From assembly GCA_964563515.1 (NCBI GenBank), contig CAZLYT010000716.1, positions 29,451-93,450 of the forward strand: a stretch of DNA of 64,000 bases. Reading direction: 5' to 3'. A program made the position numbers and the translations under genes. Origin of the DNA: an uncultured Candidatus Competibacteraceae bacterium. GTDB taxonomy: Bacteria > Pseudomonadota > Gammaproteobacteria > Competibacterales > JAHEDQ01. Below the pieces are notes generated by a model, which worked only from the letters and a program-made list of their open reading frames with translations, had not been told where the DNA came from and ran no database searches. Of this stretch, positions 20,015 through 31,604 are shown piece after piece. Positions within the stretch are counted from its first letter, which is position 1; the number at the start of each line of letters is the position of its first letter.

Positions 20015-22303
20015 ATGAAGCGACTCGGTTGCCTGGCAGCGCTCTGGTGCCTGACGGTGTTCTCTGGGGCCTACGCACAACAGTTCGAGATCTCGGACAT
20101 CCGCGTGGAAGGCCTGCAGCGGATATCAGCCGGCACATTGTTCAACTACCTCCCTGTCGAAGTGGGCAGCACTCTGGACGAGGAGCGCCACGCCGAGGTG
20201 CTGCGGGCGCTTTTTCGCACCGGCTTCTTCACCGATGTGCGACTGGAGCGTGAAGGCGACCTGCTGGTAGTGAGGGTCACCGAGCGACCCTCCATCGCCC
20301 GCATCGACTTCGAAGGCAACAGTGACATTTCCGACGAGGACCTGACCGAGGCGCTGGAACAGATAGGGTTGGCTGAAGGCCAGGTTTTCGATCGATCGCT
20401 GCTGGAACGAACCATACAGGAACTGCGACAGATCTACTTCGCCCGTGGTCGTTACGCGGTCCGCATCGAATCCGAAGTGGATGAGCTGCCACGCAATACC
20501 GTGGGGCTGACCCTCGACATCTCCGAGGGAACGGTCGCCCGTATCAAGTCGATTCGCATCATCGGCAATGACCAATTCGACGAGGACGAGTTGCTGGACC
20601 AGCTGGAGCTCACCACGCCCACCTGGTTCAGCTGGTTCAGCAAACGGGACCGTTACTCCAAGCCGCAGTTGACCGCGGATCTCGAGTCCCTGCGGAGCTA
20701 TTACCTGGATCGGGGCTACCTGAAGTTCAATATCGATTCCACCCAGGTATCGATCACGCCCGATCGCAAAGACATCTACATCACCATCAACGTCAGCGAA
20801 GGTCCCCAGTATCGAGTCTCAGACGTGGAGCTTGCAGGCGAGTTGCCTCTGCCCGTGGACCTGCTGCAGCCCTTGGTCACCATCGAACCGGGGGCGGTAT
20901 TTTCGAGAGCGGATGCCACTGAGACGGCTCGTCGCATCGGTGACCGCCTGGGCGACGAGGGTTATGCCTTTGCCAACGTGAATACCGTGCCCCGGATCGA
21001 CGAGGACAACCGGGAGGTGAGACTGACGTTGTTCGTGGATCCCGGACGCCGGGTCTACGTGCGACGAATCGACTACAGCGGCAACACCCGTACCTATGAC
21101 GAAGTGCTTCGGCGCGAGATGCGGCAGATGGAAGGCTCTTGGTTCTCCACCACCGACGTGGACCGTTCCCGCACTCGCCTGGAGCGCCTCGGCTACTTCG
21201 ATGAAGTCAACGTGGAGACACCACCGGTGCCGGGGACGACCGACCAGGTGGATGTTAACTATGCGGTGAAGGAGCGGGCTTCTGGCAGCCTGGTCCTGGG
21301 CGCGGGTTTTTCGCAGGGATCCGGTGTCGTTCTAAACGCAAGCGTCTCCCAGGAAAACTTCCTGGGCACCGGCAAACGCGTCAGCTTTACTGTCAACAAC
21401 AGCGCAGTGAACCGGATATACGCCTTCGGCTATACCAATCCCTACTACACCATCGACGGTGTCAGCCGCGGTTTCAACGTCTACTACCGTAGCACCGACG
21501 CCGACGAGGCCAATTTGTCCGACTACACGCTGGACCGCGTGGGCGGCGACGTCAATTACGGCATACCGCTCAGTGAGTTCAATTTCCTGCGGGCGGCGCT
21601 GGAGGCGACCAGGACCACGGTGAACACCACCGAAAACACACCCAGGCGCATCACCGACATCCTGGCGGAGAAGAATGGCGATTCCTTCGATGTACTGGCG
21701 CCCACCGTGTCGTGGAGCCATGACACCCGCAACCGCGCAATCTTCCCGGATCGGGGGTCGTTGGCCCGCGTCAGCGCAGAAGTCAGCATCCCCGGCAGCG
21801 ACTGGGAGTATTACAAGCTCATCTACGATCAGGAGACTTATCTGCCCCTCAGTCGGCGCTTCACGCTGTTTCTCCGCGGTGAGGTGGGCTATGGTTCCGG
21901 CTACGGTGACGACGATACTTTGCCGTTCTACGAGAATTACTTCGCAGGAGGCGTTCGTTCCGTGCGAGGCTTCGAGAGCAACTCATTGGGCCCGCGAGAC
22001 CCGGAAACGGGGGATCCGATCGGTGGTGAAATGCGCACGGTGGGTTCGATCGAGCTCTTCTTTCCGCCACCATTGGTGGGGGAGGATCTGGGTAACGTGC
22101 GCATGAGCGCCTTTGTGGATGCAGGTCAGGTGTATGCCGACGTGAACGATTTCGATGCCGGCGAGCTGCGCTACTCGGTTGGCCTGGGCGTCCAGTGGCT
22201 GAGCCCCCTTGGCCCGCTGAGCCTGAGCTATGCCCAGCCGTTGAATGGGGACGAGCTCGACGAGGAGGAGCCGCTCCAGTTCACCTTTGGGGCGGCGTTC
22301 TAA
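20015..22303 (+). CDS. bamA: Outer membrane protein assembly factor BamA
   Basis: 762 aa with a signal peptide, POTRA repeats (IRVEGLQRIS..., IDFEGN...) and a C-terminal beta-barrel ending FTFGAAF. Confidence 0.95.
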   Translation: MKRLGCLAALWCLTVFSGAYAQQFEISDIRVEGLQRISAGTLFNYLPVEVGSTLDEERHAEVLRALFRTGFFTDVRLEREGDLLVVRVTERPSIARIDFEGNSDISDEDLTEALEQIGLAEGQVFDRSLLERTIQELRQIYFARGRYAVRIESEVDELPRNTVGLTLDISEGTVARIKSIRIIGNDQFDEDELLDQLELTTPTWFSWFSKRDRYSKPQLTADLESLRSYYLDRGYLKFNIDSTQVSITPDRKDIYITINVSEGPQYRVSDVELAGELPLPVDLLQPLVTIEPGAVFSRADATETARRIGDRLGDEGYAFANVNTVPRIDEDNREVRLTLFVDPGRRVYVRRIDYSGNTRTYDEVLRREMRQMEGSWFSTTDVDRSRTRLERLGYFDEVNVETPPVPGTTDQVDVNYAVKERASGSLVLGAGFSQGSGVVLNASVSQENFLGTGKRVSFTVNNSAVNRIYAFGYTNPYYTIDGVSRGFNVYYRSTDADEANLSDYTLDRVGGDVNYGIPLSEFNFLRAALEATRTTVNTTENTPRRITDILAEKNGDSFDVLAPTVSWSHDTRNRAIFPDRGSLARVSAEVSIPGSDWEYYKLIYDQETYLPLSRRFTLFLRGEVGYGSGYGDDDTLPFYENYFAGGVRSVRGFESNSLGPRDPETGDPIGGEMRTVGSIELFFPPPLVGEDLGNVRMSAFVDAGQVYADVNDFDAGELRYSVGLGVQWLSPLGPLSLSYAQPLNGDELDEEEPLQFTFGAAF

Positions 22304-22318
22304 TGACAAAGGTCAGCT

Positions 22319-22858
22319 GTGACCATGGCTAGGTCTCGGCCCATGACGGCTCGGCTGCTCGCCGCTGCGGGTCTCTGCTGCGGGCTCGTTGCCGGCGGTT
22401 CGGCTCTGGCGCAGAGCGACTTGCGCATCGCTTTCGTGAACGCCGCCCGCATCGTAGAGAGCGCGCCGCAGGCTGCCCTCGCGCGCAATCGGCTGGAGGA
22501 AGAGTTTGCGCCCCGAGACCGGGACCTGCTGAGGATGCAGGAAGACGTTCGCGCCCTGGAAGATCGGATGAACGAGGAGGCAGCATTGGCGAGCGAGGCC
22601 GAAAGACGCCGCCTCGAGCGCGAGCTCCTCACCCAGCGGCGGGAGCTGAAGCGAGCGCAGGATGAGTTCCGCGAGGATCTCAATATTCGCCGCAATGAGG
22701 AGTTTGCCAGACTCCAGCGACAGGTGGCGGACGTCATAACCGAAATGGCCCGCGAGGAGAACTACGACCTTATTCTCAACGAGGCTGCGGTCATCTACGC
22801 CAGCGATCGCGTAGATGCCACCGAGCAGGTGCTGTTGCGGCTGCGTCGGGAGCAGTGA
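22319..22858 (+). CDS. skp: Periplasmic chaperone Skp (OmpH family)
   Basis: 179 aa with a signal peptide (..GGSALAQ) and a charged coiled-coil body. Conserved bamA-skp-lpxD position. Confidence 0.88.
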   Translation: MTMARSRPMTARLLAAAGLCCGLVAGGSALAQSDLRIAFVNAARIVESAPQAALARNRLEEEFAPRDRDLLRMQEDVRALEDRMNEEAALASEAERRRLERELLTQRRELKRAQDEFREDLNIRRNEEFARLQRQVADVITEMAREENYDLILNEAAVIYASDRVDATEQVLLRLRREQ

Positions 22859-22862
22859 GCTC

Positions 22863-23894
22863 ATGGTGATCACTCTGGGTCAGCTCGCCGAGCGCATTGG
22901 CGCGCAGCTGGAGGGCGACCCGGAACGCCGCATCCATGGCGTGGGCAGCCTACTGGGGGCGGGCCCGGAGCAGCTCACGTTTCTGGCCAGCAACCGCTAC
23001 CGCGGCCAGCTAGCAGCTACACGTGCCGGCGCGGTCATCCTGCGCCGCCAAGACGCCGCCGACTGTCCAGTGGATCGGCTGATTAACGACAACCCTTACT
23101 TGTCCTACGCGCGGGCCGCTGCGAGCTTCGTCGACCAGGAGCCATTGCGAGCGGGGCGAGATCCCAGCGCGGTGATCGATCCCAGCGCGGAGGTCTCACC
23201 CGATGCCCAGATCGGCGCCTTGGTAGCAATCGGCGCTGGCACCAAGGTGGCTCATCACAGCTATATCGGGCCGGGCTGCGTCATCGGTCGGGGGGTGACA
23301 ATTGGCACGGGCTGCCGCCTGGTGGCGCGGGTCACCATCTGCGATGGGAGTCGACTGGGTGACCGTGTGCTGGCGCAACCGGGCGCGGTGATTGGGAGCG
23401 ACGGCTTTGGCCACGCCCATGACGGGGCTCATTGGGTGCGTATCCCCCAGCTCGGGGCAGTAACGATCGGAGACGACGTGGAGATTGGGGCCAATACCAC
23501 CATCGACCGAGGCGCGATCGAGGACACCGTGGTAGAGAGCGGGGTCAAGCTCGATAACCTGGTCCAGGTTGGCCACAACGTTCACATCGGCTCGGACACG
23601 GCCGTGGCTGGATGTGTCGGCATCGCCGGTAGCACGCGCATCGGGCGTCATTGCCGCATCGGAGGGGGGGCCGGTTTCAAGGGCCACATCGAGGTGGCCG
23701 ATGGTGTTCAGGTCTCGTTCATGACCGCGGTCAGCAAGTCGCTCCTGGCGCCGGGCAGCTACGCCTCCACAACCCTGGTGGAGCCCCAGGGAAGATGGCG
23801 CCGTAACTGTGTCCGCTTTCGCAAGCTCGACGAGCTCGCCCGGCGGCTTATTTCGCTGGAGCGACGGTTTGGCACGAAGGACGACAAGCAATGA
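22863..23894 (+). CDS. lpxD: UDP-3-O-(3-hydroxyacyl)glucosamine N-acyltransferase
   Basis: N-terminus [19 protein letters not shown] followed by hexapeptide repeats. ATG 22863 chosen, giving 343 aa. Confidence 0.93.
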   Translation: MVITLGQLAERIGAQLEGDPERRIHGVGSLLGAGPEQLTFLASNRYRGQLAATRAGAVILRRQDAADCPVDRLINDNPYLSYARAAASFVDQEPLRAGRDPSAVIDPSAEVSPDAQIGALVAIGAGTKVAHHSYIGPGCVIGRGVTIGTGCRLVARVTICDGSRLGDRVLAQPGAVIGSDGFGHAHDGAHWVRIPQLGAVTIGDDVEIGANTTIDRGAIEDTVVESGVKLDNLVQVGHNVHIGSDTAVAGCVGIAGSTRIGRHCRIGGGAGFKGHIEVADGVQVSFMTAVSKSLLAPGSYASTTLVEPQGRWRRNCVRFRKLDELARRLISLERRFGTKDDKQ

Positions 23895-24367
23895 GCGATA
23901 CCACGCCCGGGGAAATGCTGGACGTCGTAGCAATTCTGTCGCATCTACCACACCGCTACCCTTTCCTGCTGGTGGATCGGGTGATTAGCTACACGCGGGG
24001 CGAGCGCCTGCGTGCGCTCAAGAATGTCACCGTCAACGAGCCTTTTTTCCAGGGCCACTTCCCGGGACGACCGGTGATGCCGGGCGTGCTCATTCTGGAG
24101 GCGCTGGCTCAGGCCACCGGCATCCTCGGCGTTCGCACCATGGACGAGCCCCCCGGGGAGGACTCGATGTACTTCTTCGTGGGTATCGACAACGCGCGTT
24201 TCAAGCGCCCAGTGGTGCCGGGTGATCAGTTGATCTTGGATGTGGAGCTGCGCAAGGTGCGGCGCGGCATCTGGATGTTCTATGGCGAGGCTTCGGTGGA
24301 GGGCCGGGTAGCGGCATCAGCGGATCTCATGTGCACCCACCGCGCCTACCAGGAAATGCGGCCTTGA
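23891..24367 (+). CDS. fabZ: 3-hydroxyacyl-[ACP] dehydratase FabZ
   Basis: 158 aa, [13 protein letters not shown] and [16 protein letters not shown] hot-dog motifs. ATGA overlap with lpxD. Confidence 0.95.
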   Translation: MSDTTPGEMLDVVAILSHLPHRYPFLLVDRVISYTRGERLRALKNVTVNEPFFQGHFPGRPVMPGVLILEALAQATGILGVRTMDEPPGEDSMYFFVGIDNARFKRPVVPGDQLILDVELRKVRRGIWMFYGEASVEGRVAASADLMCTHRAYQEMRP

Positions 24368-25134
24368 TTCATCCCAGCGCCGTAATCGACCCCAGTGCCG
24401 AGCTCGCCGACGATGTGGAGGTGGGCCCGTTCACCGTAATCGGTGCCGGCGTGGAAGTGGGTTCCGGCACCCGTATCGGGCCGCACTCGGTATTGCGGGG
24501 TCCGGCTCGAATTGGCCGCGACAATCGAATCTTTCAGTTCGCCTCCGTGGGCGAAGATCCGCAAGACAAAAAGTACGCCGGCGAGCCCACGCAATTGGAG
24601 ATCGGCGACCGGAACACCATTCGAGAGTGTGTCACCCTCAGCCGCGGCACCGTCCAAGGCTTGGGCCTGACCCGCATCGGTAACGACAACTGGTTCATGG
24701 CCTACTGCCATGTGGCCCACGACTGCCTGGTTGGCAACGGCACCGTATTCGCCAATGCCACGGCGCTGGGCGGTCACGTAGAGATCGGCGACTTCGCGGT
24801 GCTGGGTGGCTCCACGCTGATTCATCAGTTCTGCCGAGTCGGCGCCAATAGCTTTTGCTCAATGGGCGCGACGGTGCGCCGCGACGTGCCACCCTTCGTG
24901 ACCGTTGCAGGCGATCCAGCGATGCCTCACGGCATCAACTCCGAAGGATTGCGCCGGCGCGGATACAGTGCCGAAAGGGTAGCGCTGATCAAACGCGCCT
25001 ACCGGCTGGTCTACCGCTCTGGCTTGCGCCTGGCGGAAGCGGTAGCCGCGGTGCGCGAGATGCCAGATCCCAACGGCGATCTCACCCTCATGTGTAACTT
25101 TGTCGAAGGCGGCGGACGCGGCATTGCTCGCTGA
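24364..25134 (+). CDS. lpxA: Acyl-[ACP]--UDP-N-acetylglucosamine O-acyltransferase
   Basis: Hexapeptide repeats with an (M)[14 protein letters not shown]-terminus. TTG start at 24364 overlaps the fabZ TGA. Confidence 0.92.
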   Translation: MIHPSAVIDPSAELADDVEVGPFTVIGAGVEVGSGTRIGPHSVLRGPARIGRDNRIFQFASVGEDPQDKKYAGEPTQLEIGDRNTIRECVTLSRGTVQGLGLTRIGNDNWFMAYCHVAHDCLVGNGTVFANATALGGHVEIGDFAVLGGSTLIHQFCRVGANSFCSMGATVRRDVPPFVTVAGDPAMPHGINSEGLRRRGYSAERVALIKRAYRLVYRSGLRLAEAVAAVREMPDPNGDLTLMCNFVEGGGRGIAR

Positions 25135-26311
25135 GGCACCCTCGGCGGCGCAGCTGGCGTCGCCATCGGGGCGCAAACTGCGGGTGGCCATGGTCGCCGG
25201 GGAGCTATCCGGCGACGGTCTCGGTGCAGGCTTGCTACGCGCGCTGCGGGAACGGTACCCGGCGCTGGAAGCCGAGGGGGTTGGCGGCCCCGCCATGGAA
25301 GCGGCGGGCTGCCGCAGCCTGGTGCCGCTGGATCGGCTCTCGGTGATGGGACTGGTGGAGGTGCTGGGGCGCTTGCCGGAGCTCTTGTCCCTGCGGCGGC
25401 GATTGCTGCAACGGATGCTGGCAGATCCTCCTGATGTTTTCGTCGGTATCGACGCTCCCGATTTCAACCTACCGCTGGAACGGCGCTTGCGCAGCGGCGG
25501 CGTGCGTACCGTGCACTACGTCAGCCCGACAGTATGGGCTTGGCGCCAGAGCCGCATCCGAGGGATAGCCCGCTCCGTCGATTTGATGCTCACGCTGTTT
25601 CCGTTCGAGGAGCGTTTCTACCAGCACCACAACGTGCCGGTGCGGTGTGTAGGGCACCCCCTGGCCGACGAGATTCCAGATCAGGTGCCCCGGGAGCCGG
25701 CTCGGCGAGCCCTGGGATTGGAGTTGGAGAGTCGGGTCCTGGCATTGCTGCCCGGGAGTCGTTCGGGCGAGGTGCAGCGGCTCGCTGCGGACATGTTGGA
25801 TAGCGCTGCTTGGGTGGCCGAGCGCTTGCCCGGCCTGCAGGTGGTAATACCTTGCGCCACGGCAACGATCCGGAGCGGGCTGCAGGCCCTAATAGGAAAG
25901 CGCTTCGGCAGGCTTGCACCGGTGTTGGTCGCGGGTCGGGCCCGTGAAGCGATCGCCGCGGCCGATGCAGCGCTGGTGGCGTCGGGTACTGCGACTCTCG
26001 AGACCGCGCTGGTGAAGCGTCCCATGGTGGTGGTGTATCGCGTCAATTGGGTTACCTACGCGATCATGCGCCGGATGCTGAAGGTGCGCCACTTCGCCAT
26101 GCCGAATCTACTTGCTGGGAAGCAGCTGGCGCCGGAGTTCTTGCAGGATCAGGCGCGTGCCGACAATATCGGACCGGCGCTGCTATCCCAGCTCTCACCA
26201 CAGACCGACCATTCCGAGCTCATGCGCCACTACCAGCGACTGCATGCGGAGCTGCGCCGGGATGCCAGCCACAGCGCGGCGCGCGCGGTTTCGGAGCTGA
26301 TCGGGGCATGA
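25100..26311 (+). CDS. lpxB: Lipid-A-disaccharide synthase
   Basis: [21 protein letters not shown] matches the LpxB N-terminal motif. The start is uncertain. ATG 25100 overlaps lpxA by 35 nt; GTG 25184 and ATG 25190 are alternatives. Confidence 0.88.
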   Translation: MSKAADAALLAEAPSAAQLASPSGRKLRVAMVAGELSGDGLGAGLLRALRERYPALEAEGVGGPAMEAAGCRSLVPLDRLSVMGLVEVLGRLPELLSLRRRLLQRMLADPPDVFVGIDAPDFNLPLERRLRSGGVRTVHYVSPTVWAWRQSRIRGIARSVDLMLTLFPFEERFYQHHNVPVRCVGHPLADEIPDQVPREPARRALGLELESRVLALLPGSRSGEVQRLAADMLDSAAWVAERLPGLQVVIPCATATIRSGLQALIGKRFGRLAPVLVAGRAREAIAAADAALVASGTATLETALVKRPMVVVYRVNWVTYAIMRRMLKVRHFAMPNLLAGKQLAPEFLQDQARADNIGPALLSQLSPQTDHSELMRHYQRLHAELRRDASHSAARAVSELIGA

Positions 26312-26937
26312 TCGAGACCGATCTGTCGTTGACCGAGTGGGGGGTCGCCGGGGTCGACGAGGCTGGGCGGGGGCCCTTGGCCGGGCCCGTGGTCGCCGCG
26401 GCGGTAATACTGAATCCCGACTTCCAGGTGACGGGATTGGCAGACTCGAAACTGCTCACCGCGCCGCGTCGTCAAACCCTGGCCCAAGAGCTGCGGCAGC
26501 GCGCGGTAGCTTGGGCGATCGCCGAGGCCAGCGTCGAAGAAATCGATGTCCTCAATATCCTGCAAGCGTCGCTGCTGGCGATGCGGCGGGCTATCAGAGC
26601 GCTCCAGCTGACGCCGGCGCGGGTGCTGGTGGATGGTAACTACTGTCCGGCGGGCGTGGCCGGCGCCGTGGCGATCGTCGGCGGTGATGCTCGTATTGCC
26701 GCGATCAGCGCCGCCTCCATCCTGGCCAAGGTGCATCGAGATAGTCTTATGCGCGTATTGCACCAGCAGTATCCGGCCTACGGATTCGATCGCCATTTCG
26801 GCTATGCGACCGAAGCGCATCTGCGCGTACTGCGGCGGCTTGGGCCCGTGCCATGCCATCGCCGCACATTCCGTCCGGTGCGAGAGGCGCTTGGACTGTT
26901 GGGCAAGCCGGCGCGAGAGCTGGTCGAGGTGGGGTAG
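26308..26937 (+). CDS. rnhB: Ribonuclease HII
   Basis: [15 protein letters not shown] active-site motif. ATGA overlap with the lpxB stop, giving 209 aa. Confidence 0.93.
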   Translation: MIETDLSLTEWGVAGVDEAGRGPLAGPVVAAAVILNPDFQVTGLADSKLLTAPRRQTLAQELRQRAVAWAIAEASVEEIDVLNILQASLLAMRRAIRALQLTPARVLVDGNYCPAGVAGAVAIVGGDARIAAISAASILAKVHRDSLMRVLHQQYPAYGFDRHFGYATEAHLRVLRRLGPVPCHRRTFRPVREALGLLGKPARELVEVG

Positions 26938-27015
26938 GCGCGGGCGCGATCGACTAGGCCACCGCTGCGGGCCCCACCCGTGGTCGCCTACCCGACCGCT
27001 CCCGCTGGAACGCTG

Positions 27016-30000
27016 ATGACCGAAAACACCTTCGTCCACCTTCATCTCCATAGCGAATACTCCCTTAGCGATGGCTTGATCCGAGTCAAGCCGCTTATCA
27101 AGTCCGCCGCTGCCGCGGGTATGCCGGCAATTGCCCTGACCGACCTCCACAATATGTTCGGGATGGTCAAGTTCTACCGGGCCGCGCTCGGCGCCGGCAT
27201 CAAGCCGGTTATTGGCATGGAGGCGTGGATCGAGTCCTCCGGCGGTGATGGAGAAGCCAATCGCGTGGTATTGCTGGCGCAGGACCGCACTGGCTTCGTG
27301 AACCTATCGCGGCTGTCGAGTCGCGGCTACCAGAACGGTTATCAGCAGGGCCACCCGGTGTTGCGGCCGGAGTGGCTGCAGGCTGGCGCCGCCGGTCTCA
27401 TCGCCCTGTCCGGCGGGCGCGAAGGTGAGGTCGGACGCCTACTACTCGCCGGTCGCGAGGAGCAGGCCCGGGAACGGCTTGGTTGGTGGCGCGCCCTGTT
27501 CCCTGATCGTTTTTACCTGGAGCTGATTCGGACCGGGCGTAGCGGTGAGGAGACGTATAACGCCGCTGCTGTCGTCCTCGCCGGGGAGCTGCAAATCCCG
27601 GTGGTGGCCACCAATGACGTCCGCTTCTTGCGGCGCCAGGACTTCGAAGCACACGAGGCCCGCGTCTGCATCCAGGAAGGCTACACCTTAGAGGATCCCA
27701 AGCGTCCCCGCCGCTACAGCGAACAGCAGTATTTGCGTACCGCTAACGAGATGGCGCAACAGTTCTCCGATCTGCCCGAGGCGCTGCTGAACAGCGTCGA
27801 GATCGCGCGCCGCTGCAACCTGGAGCTGAACCTGGGCAAGTACCACCTGCCGGCATTTCCAGTGCCGGAGGGGCTTACCCTGGGTGAGCTTCTGATGCAG
27901 GAGGCTGAGCGTGGGCTCGAGGCGCGCTTGCAGCGACTGGGGGCAGCTGCCGACAGCGGCCCGGTGCCGGTCGAGGGTTATCGACAGCGTTTGCGCACCG
28001 AGCTCGACGTCATCGTCCAGATGGGATTTCCCGGCTACTTCCTGATCGTGGCGGACTTCATTCGGTGGGCCAAGGAAGCCGGCATCCCGGTGGGACCGGG
28101 TCGGGGCTCGGGAGCAGGATCTCTGGTGGCGTACTCGCTACAGATTACAGATTTAGATCCAATAGCCTACGATCTTCTTTTCGAGCGATTCCTAAACCCA
28201 GAACGCGTTTCGATGCCGGACTTCGACGTGGATTTCTGTATGGAGGGTCGGGACCGGGTCATCGACTATGTGGCCGATCGCTATGGCCGCGACAAGGTCT
28301 CGCAGATCGCCACTCACGGCACGATGGCAGCCAAAGCCGTGGTGCGCGATGTGGGACGTGTGCTGGGGCATCCCTATGGCTTCGTGGACCGCATCGCCAA
28401 GCTGATCCCTTTCGAGATCGGGATAACCCTGGAAAAGGCCCTGGAACAGGAGGAGGACCTGCGCGCCGCCTACGAGAGCGAGGAAGAGGTACGCGCGATT
28501 ATCGACCTGGGTCGTGCCCTGGAGGGTCTGGCGCGAAACGTCGGCCGGCACGCCGGCGGCGTAGTGATTGCGCCCAATGCCCTTACCGAATTCACACCAC
28601 TGTATTTTGAGGATGGCTCCGCGTCACCAGTTTCCCAGCTGGACAAGGACGACGTGGAGGCGGTGGGGCTGGTCAAGTTCGACTTCCTGGGCCTGCGCAC
28701 CCTCACCATCATCGATTGGACCGTGCGCAGCATCAACACCAAGCGCGCCGGTCGGGGTGAGGCGGAGCTGGATATCACGGCCATTCCCTCGAGCGACGGC
28801 GGAACCTTCCAGCTGCTCAAGGCCCAGCAGACCACCGGGGTGTTCCAGCTCGAATCCCGCGGCATGAAGGAGTTGATCAAGCGCCTGCAACCGGATCGAT
28901 TCGAGGACATCGTGGCCCTGGTGGCGCTGTTTCGTCCGGGCCCGCTGCAGTCCGGCATGGTCGAGGACTTCATCGATCGGAAGCACGGCCGCGCCAAGGT
29001 CACCTACCCACATCCAGATCTAGTGCTCATCCTGGAGCCGACCTATGGCGTGATTCTGTATCAGGAGCAAGTCATGCAGATCGCTCAGGTGCTGGCCGGA
29101 TATACCCTGGGTGGCGCCGATCTGCTGCGACGCGCCATGGGCAAGAAGAAGGCCGAGGAGATGGCCAAGCAGCGCGAGGTCTTCGTCGCCGGCGCCTCAG
29201 GGCGGGGGGTGGATGCAAGCCTCGCCAACCAGATCTTCGACCTCATGGAGAAGTTCGCTGGTTACGGCTTCAACAAGTCGCATTCGGCGGCCTACGCGCT
29301 GGTCTCCTACCAAACCGCCTGGCTCAAGCGCCACTATCCCGCCGATTTCATGGCCGCGGTTTTATCCTCGGACATGGACAACACCGACAAGGTGGTGGTT
29401 TTCATCGACGAATGCCGGGACATGGGGCTAGCGGTTCTGCCACCGGACGTGAACGGCTCCGGGTTTCGTTTCGGTGCCGACGACTCTGGGCAGGTCGTGT
29501 ACGGTCTGGGCGCTGTGAAAGGGGTCGGCGAAGGCGCCATCCAGGGGATTCTGGAAGAGCGTGATCGGGCGGGACCGTTCACGGATCTGTGCGAGCTTTG
29601 TCGGCGTCTGGATCTGAGGCGAATCAATCGCCGCGTCCTGGAAGCACTGATTCGGGCCGGGGCTTTGGACTCCCTGGGCCAATCCCGGGCCCTGCTGATG
29701 AAGCAGCTACCGGTGGCGCTGCAGCTGGCCGAGCAGCACAGCCGGGCGGATGTCTGTGGCCAAGTGGACCTGTTCGGTCTGGGACCCACGTCCGACAGCG
29801 AGATGGCCCCGGCGACAGTGCCCCAGTCCGCCGCCGAATGGGACGAAAGCCAGCGCCTGGCCGAGGAGAAGCAGTCACTCGGGCTATACCTGACTGGACA
29901 TCCCATCACCGCTCACCTGGCGGAGCTGAAGCACTACACCAGCGGGAGAATCGCCGAGGTAGTCGCCCAAGCCGAGCTGCAGCTGCAAGGTGGCATCCGG

Positions 30001-30534
30001 TACCCACGTGACCGCGAACGGGAACGCAAGGTGCTAGTCGCCGGAATGGTCGTGGAGCTGCGCACAAGGGTCAGCTCCCGAGGCGGGCGTATGGCTTTCC
30101 TCAACCTGGACGATCGCAGCGCGCGGGTCGAGGTGGCGGTTTACACCGAAGCCTACAGCCAGTACCGCGATCTGCTGGTGGCCGATGCTGTGCTCGTCAT
30201 CGAAGGGACGCCGGCCACGGACGATTTCAGCGGGGGCGTGCGCATACGTGCCGAGCGTATCCTCAACCTGGATCAGGCCCGCGAGGCATTCTCACGGCGC
30301 CTGCGACTTCGCCTCGAGCAGGGTGACTTCGCCGCCGACCTGGCCGACGCCTTGGCGATGACCCTGGGCCCGTTCCGCCAGGGACGCTGTCCGGTGGTGA
30401 TCGACTACACCGGCTGCGGTGCCCGGGCCGAACTGCAGCTGGACAGCGACTGGCGGGTGCACCCCACCACCGAACTGCTTGGCAGTTTGCGCGGCCTGGT
30501 GGGCGAAGATCGAGTGGCGGTCGAATATCAGTAG
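27016..30534 (+). CDS. dnaE: DNA polymerase III alpha subunit
   Basis: PHP-domain start MTENTFVHLHLHSEYSLSDG and palm motif PDFDVDF. 1172 aa from ATG 27016. Confidence 0.96.
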   Translation: MTENTFVHLHLHSEYSLSDGLIRVKPLIKSAAAAGMPAIALTDLHNMFGMVKFYRAALGAGIKPVIGMEAWIESSGGDGEANRVVLLAQDRTGFVNLSRLSSRGYQNGYQQGHPVLRPEWLQAGAAGLIALSGGREGEVGRLLLAGREEQARERLGWWRALFPDRFYLELIRTGRSGEETYNAAAVVLAGELQIPVVATNDVRFLRRQDFEAHEARVCIQEGYTLEDPKRPRRYSEQQYLRTANEMAQQFSDLPEALLNSVEIARRCNLELNLGKYHLPAFPVPEGLTLGELLMQEAERGLEARLQRLGAAADSGPVPVEGYRQRLRTELDVIVQMGFPGYFLIVADFIRWAKEAGIPVGPGRGSGAGSLVAYSLQITDLDPIAYDLLFERFLNPERVSMPDFDVDFCMEGRDRVIDYVADRYGRDKVSQIATHGTMAAKAVVRDVGRVLGHPYGFVDRIAKLIPFEIGITLEKALEQEEDLRAAYESEEEVRAIIDLGRALEGLARNVGRHAGGVVIAPNALTEFTPLYFEDGSASPVSQLDKDDVEAVGLVKFDFLGLRTLTIIDWTVRSINTKRAGRGEAELDITAIPSSDGGTFQLLKAQQTTGVFQLESRGMKELIKRLQPDRFEDIVALVALFRPGPLQSGMVEDFIDRKHGRAKVTYPHPDLVLILEPTYGVILYQEQVMQIAQVLAGYTLGGADLLRRAMGKKKAEEMAKQREVFVAGASGRGVDASLANQIFDLMEKFAGYGFNKSHSAAYALVSYQTAWLKRHYPADFMAAVLSSDMDNTDKVVVFIDECRDMGLAVLPPDVNGSGFRFGADDSGQVVYGLGAVKGVGEGAIQGILEERDRAGPFTDLCELCRRLDLRRINRRVLEALIRAGALDSLGQSRALLMKQLPVALQLAEQHSRADVCGQVDLFGLGPTSDSEMAPATVPQSAAEWDESQRLAEEKQSLGLYLTGHPITAHLAELKHYTSGRIAEVVAQAELQLQGGIRYPRDRERERKVLVAGMVVELRTRVSSRGGRMAFLNLDDRSARVEVAVYTEAYSQYRDLLVADAVLVIEGTPATDDFSGGVRIRAERILNLDQAREAFSRRLRLRLEQGDFAADLADALAMTLGPFRQGRCPVVIDYTGCGARAELQLDSDWRVHPTTELLGSLRGLVGEDRVAVEYQ

Positions 30535-30644
30535 ATATGCTTGTGCTGCGCCGCCGCAGTGCCGGAGGTGATCTCGGCCGCGGATGAAATCGGCGGGCTT
30601 TCCGCGCTAAAGTTGCGCCCGCATTCGACAAGGGCAGGCCGCCG

Positions 30645-31604
30645 ATGAATCTGAACTTTCTCGAATTCGAGCAACCGATCGCCGAGCTGGAAGCCAAGAT
30701 CGAAGAGCTGAAGCACTTGGGCGGTCTCGGCGAGTTCGAAATCGGAGACGAAATCGCGAGGCTGAAGGCCAAGAGCGACTCGCTGACCTCTTCCATCTTT
30801 GCTTCCCTGGACGCCTGGCAGATCTCTCAACTCGCCCGCCACCCGCAACGGCCCTATACCCTGGACTATGTGGAGCATCTGTGCACCGAGTTCGAAGAGT
30901 TGCACGGTGATCGTCGCTACGCCGACGACAAGGCGCTGGTGGGCGGAGTGGCTCGCTTTCGGGGTCGGGCGGTCGTGATTCTCGGCCACCAGAAGGGCCG
31001 CGACACCAAAGAGAAGATCCATCGCAACTTCGGCATGCCCAGACCCGAAGGTTACCGCAAGGCATTGCGGTTGATGGGGTTGGCCGAGCGATTTCGAATG
31101 CCCGTTTTCACCTTCATCGACACCCCTGGTGCCTATCCCGGTATTGGGGCCGAAGAGCGCGGCCAGAGCGAGGCCATCGCCCGTAATCTGTTCGTGATGA
31201 CGCGTTTGCGGACGCCGGTGATCTGCACAGTCGTGGGCGAAGGAGGTTCCGGCGGAGCACTTGCCATCGGAGTAGGCGACCGCGTCAATATGTTGCAGTA
31301 CAGCACCTACTCGGTGATCTCGCCCGAGGGCTGCGCGTCCATATTGTGGAAGAGCGCCGAACGGGCCAGCGATGCGGCCGAGGCGATGGGCATCGTGTCC
31401 AGTCGGATCAAGGAGCTAGGGCTCATCGATACGGTGGTCGCGGAGCCTTTGGGCGGTGCGCATCGGGATAGCGCGGACATGGCGAAGCGCCTAGGCGATA
31501 CGCTCTACGCCCAGCTCGAGAAGATCGACCAGCTGTCGATGGAGGAACTCCTGGAGACGCGTTATCAGCGGCTGATGAGCTACGGAGTTTTCAAGAGCGA
31601 ATGA
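30645..31604 (+). CDS. accA: Acetyl-CoA carboxylase carboxyltransferase subunit alpha
   Basis: 319 aa, [22 protein letters not shown] and [11 protein letters not shown] motifs. Confidence 0.95.
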   Translation: MNLNFLEFEQPIAELEAKIEELKHLGGLGEFEIGDEIARLKAKSDSLTSSIFASLDAWQISQLARHPQRPYTLDYVEHLCTEFEELHGDRRYADDKALVGGVARFRGRAVVILGHQKGRDTKEKIHRNFGMPRPEGYRKALRLMGLAERFRMPVFTFIDTPGAYPGIGAEERGQSEAIARNLFVMTRLRTPVICTVVGEGGSGGALAIGVGDRVNMLQYSTYSVISPEGCASILWKSAERASDAAEAMGIVSSRIKELGLIDTVVAEPLGGAHRDSADMAKRLGDTLYAQLEKIDQLSMEELLETRYQRLMSYGVFKSE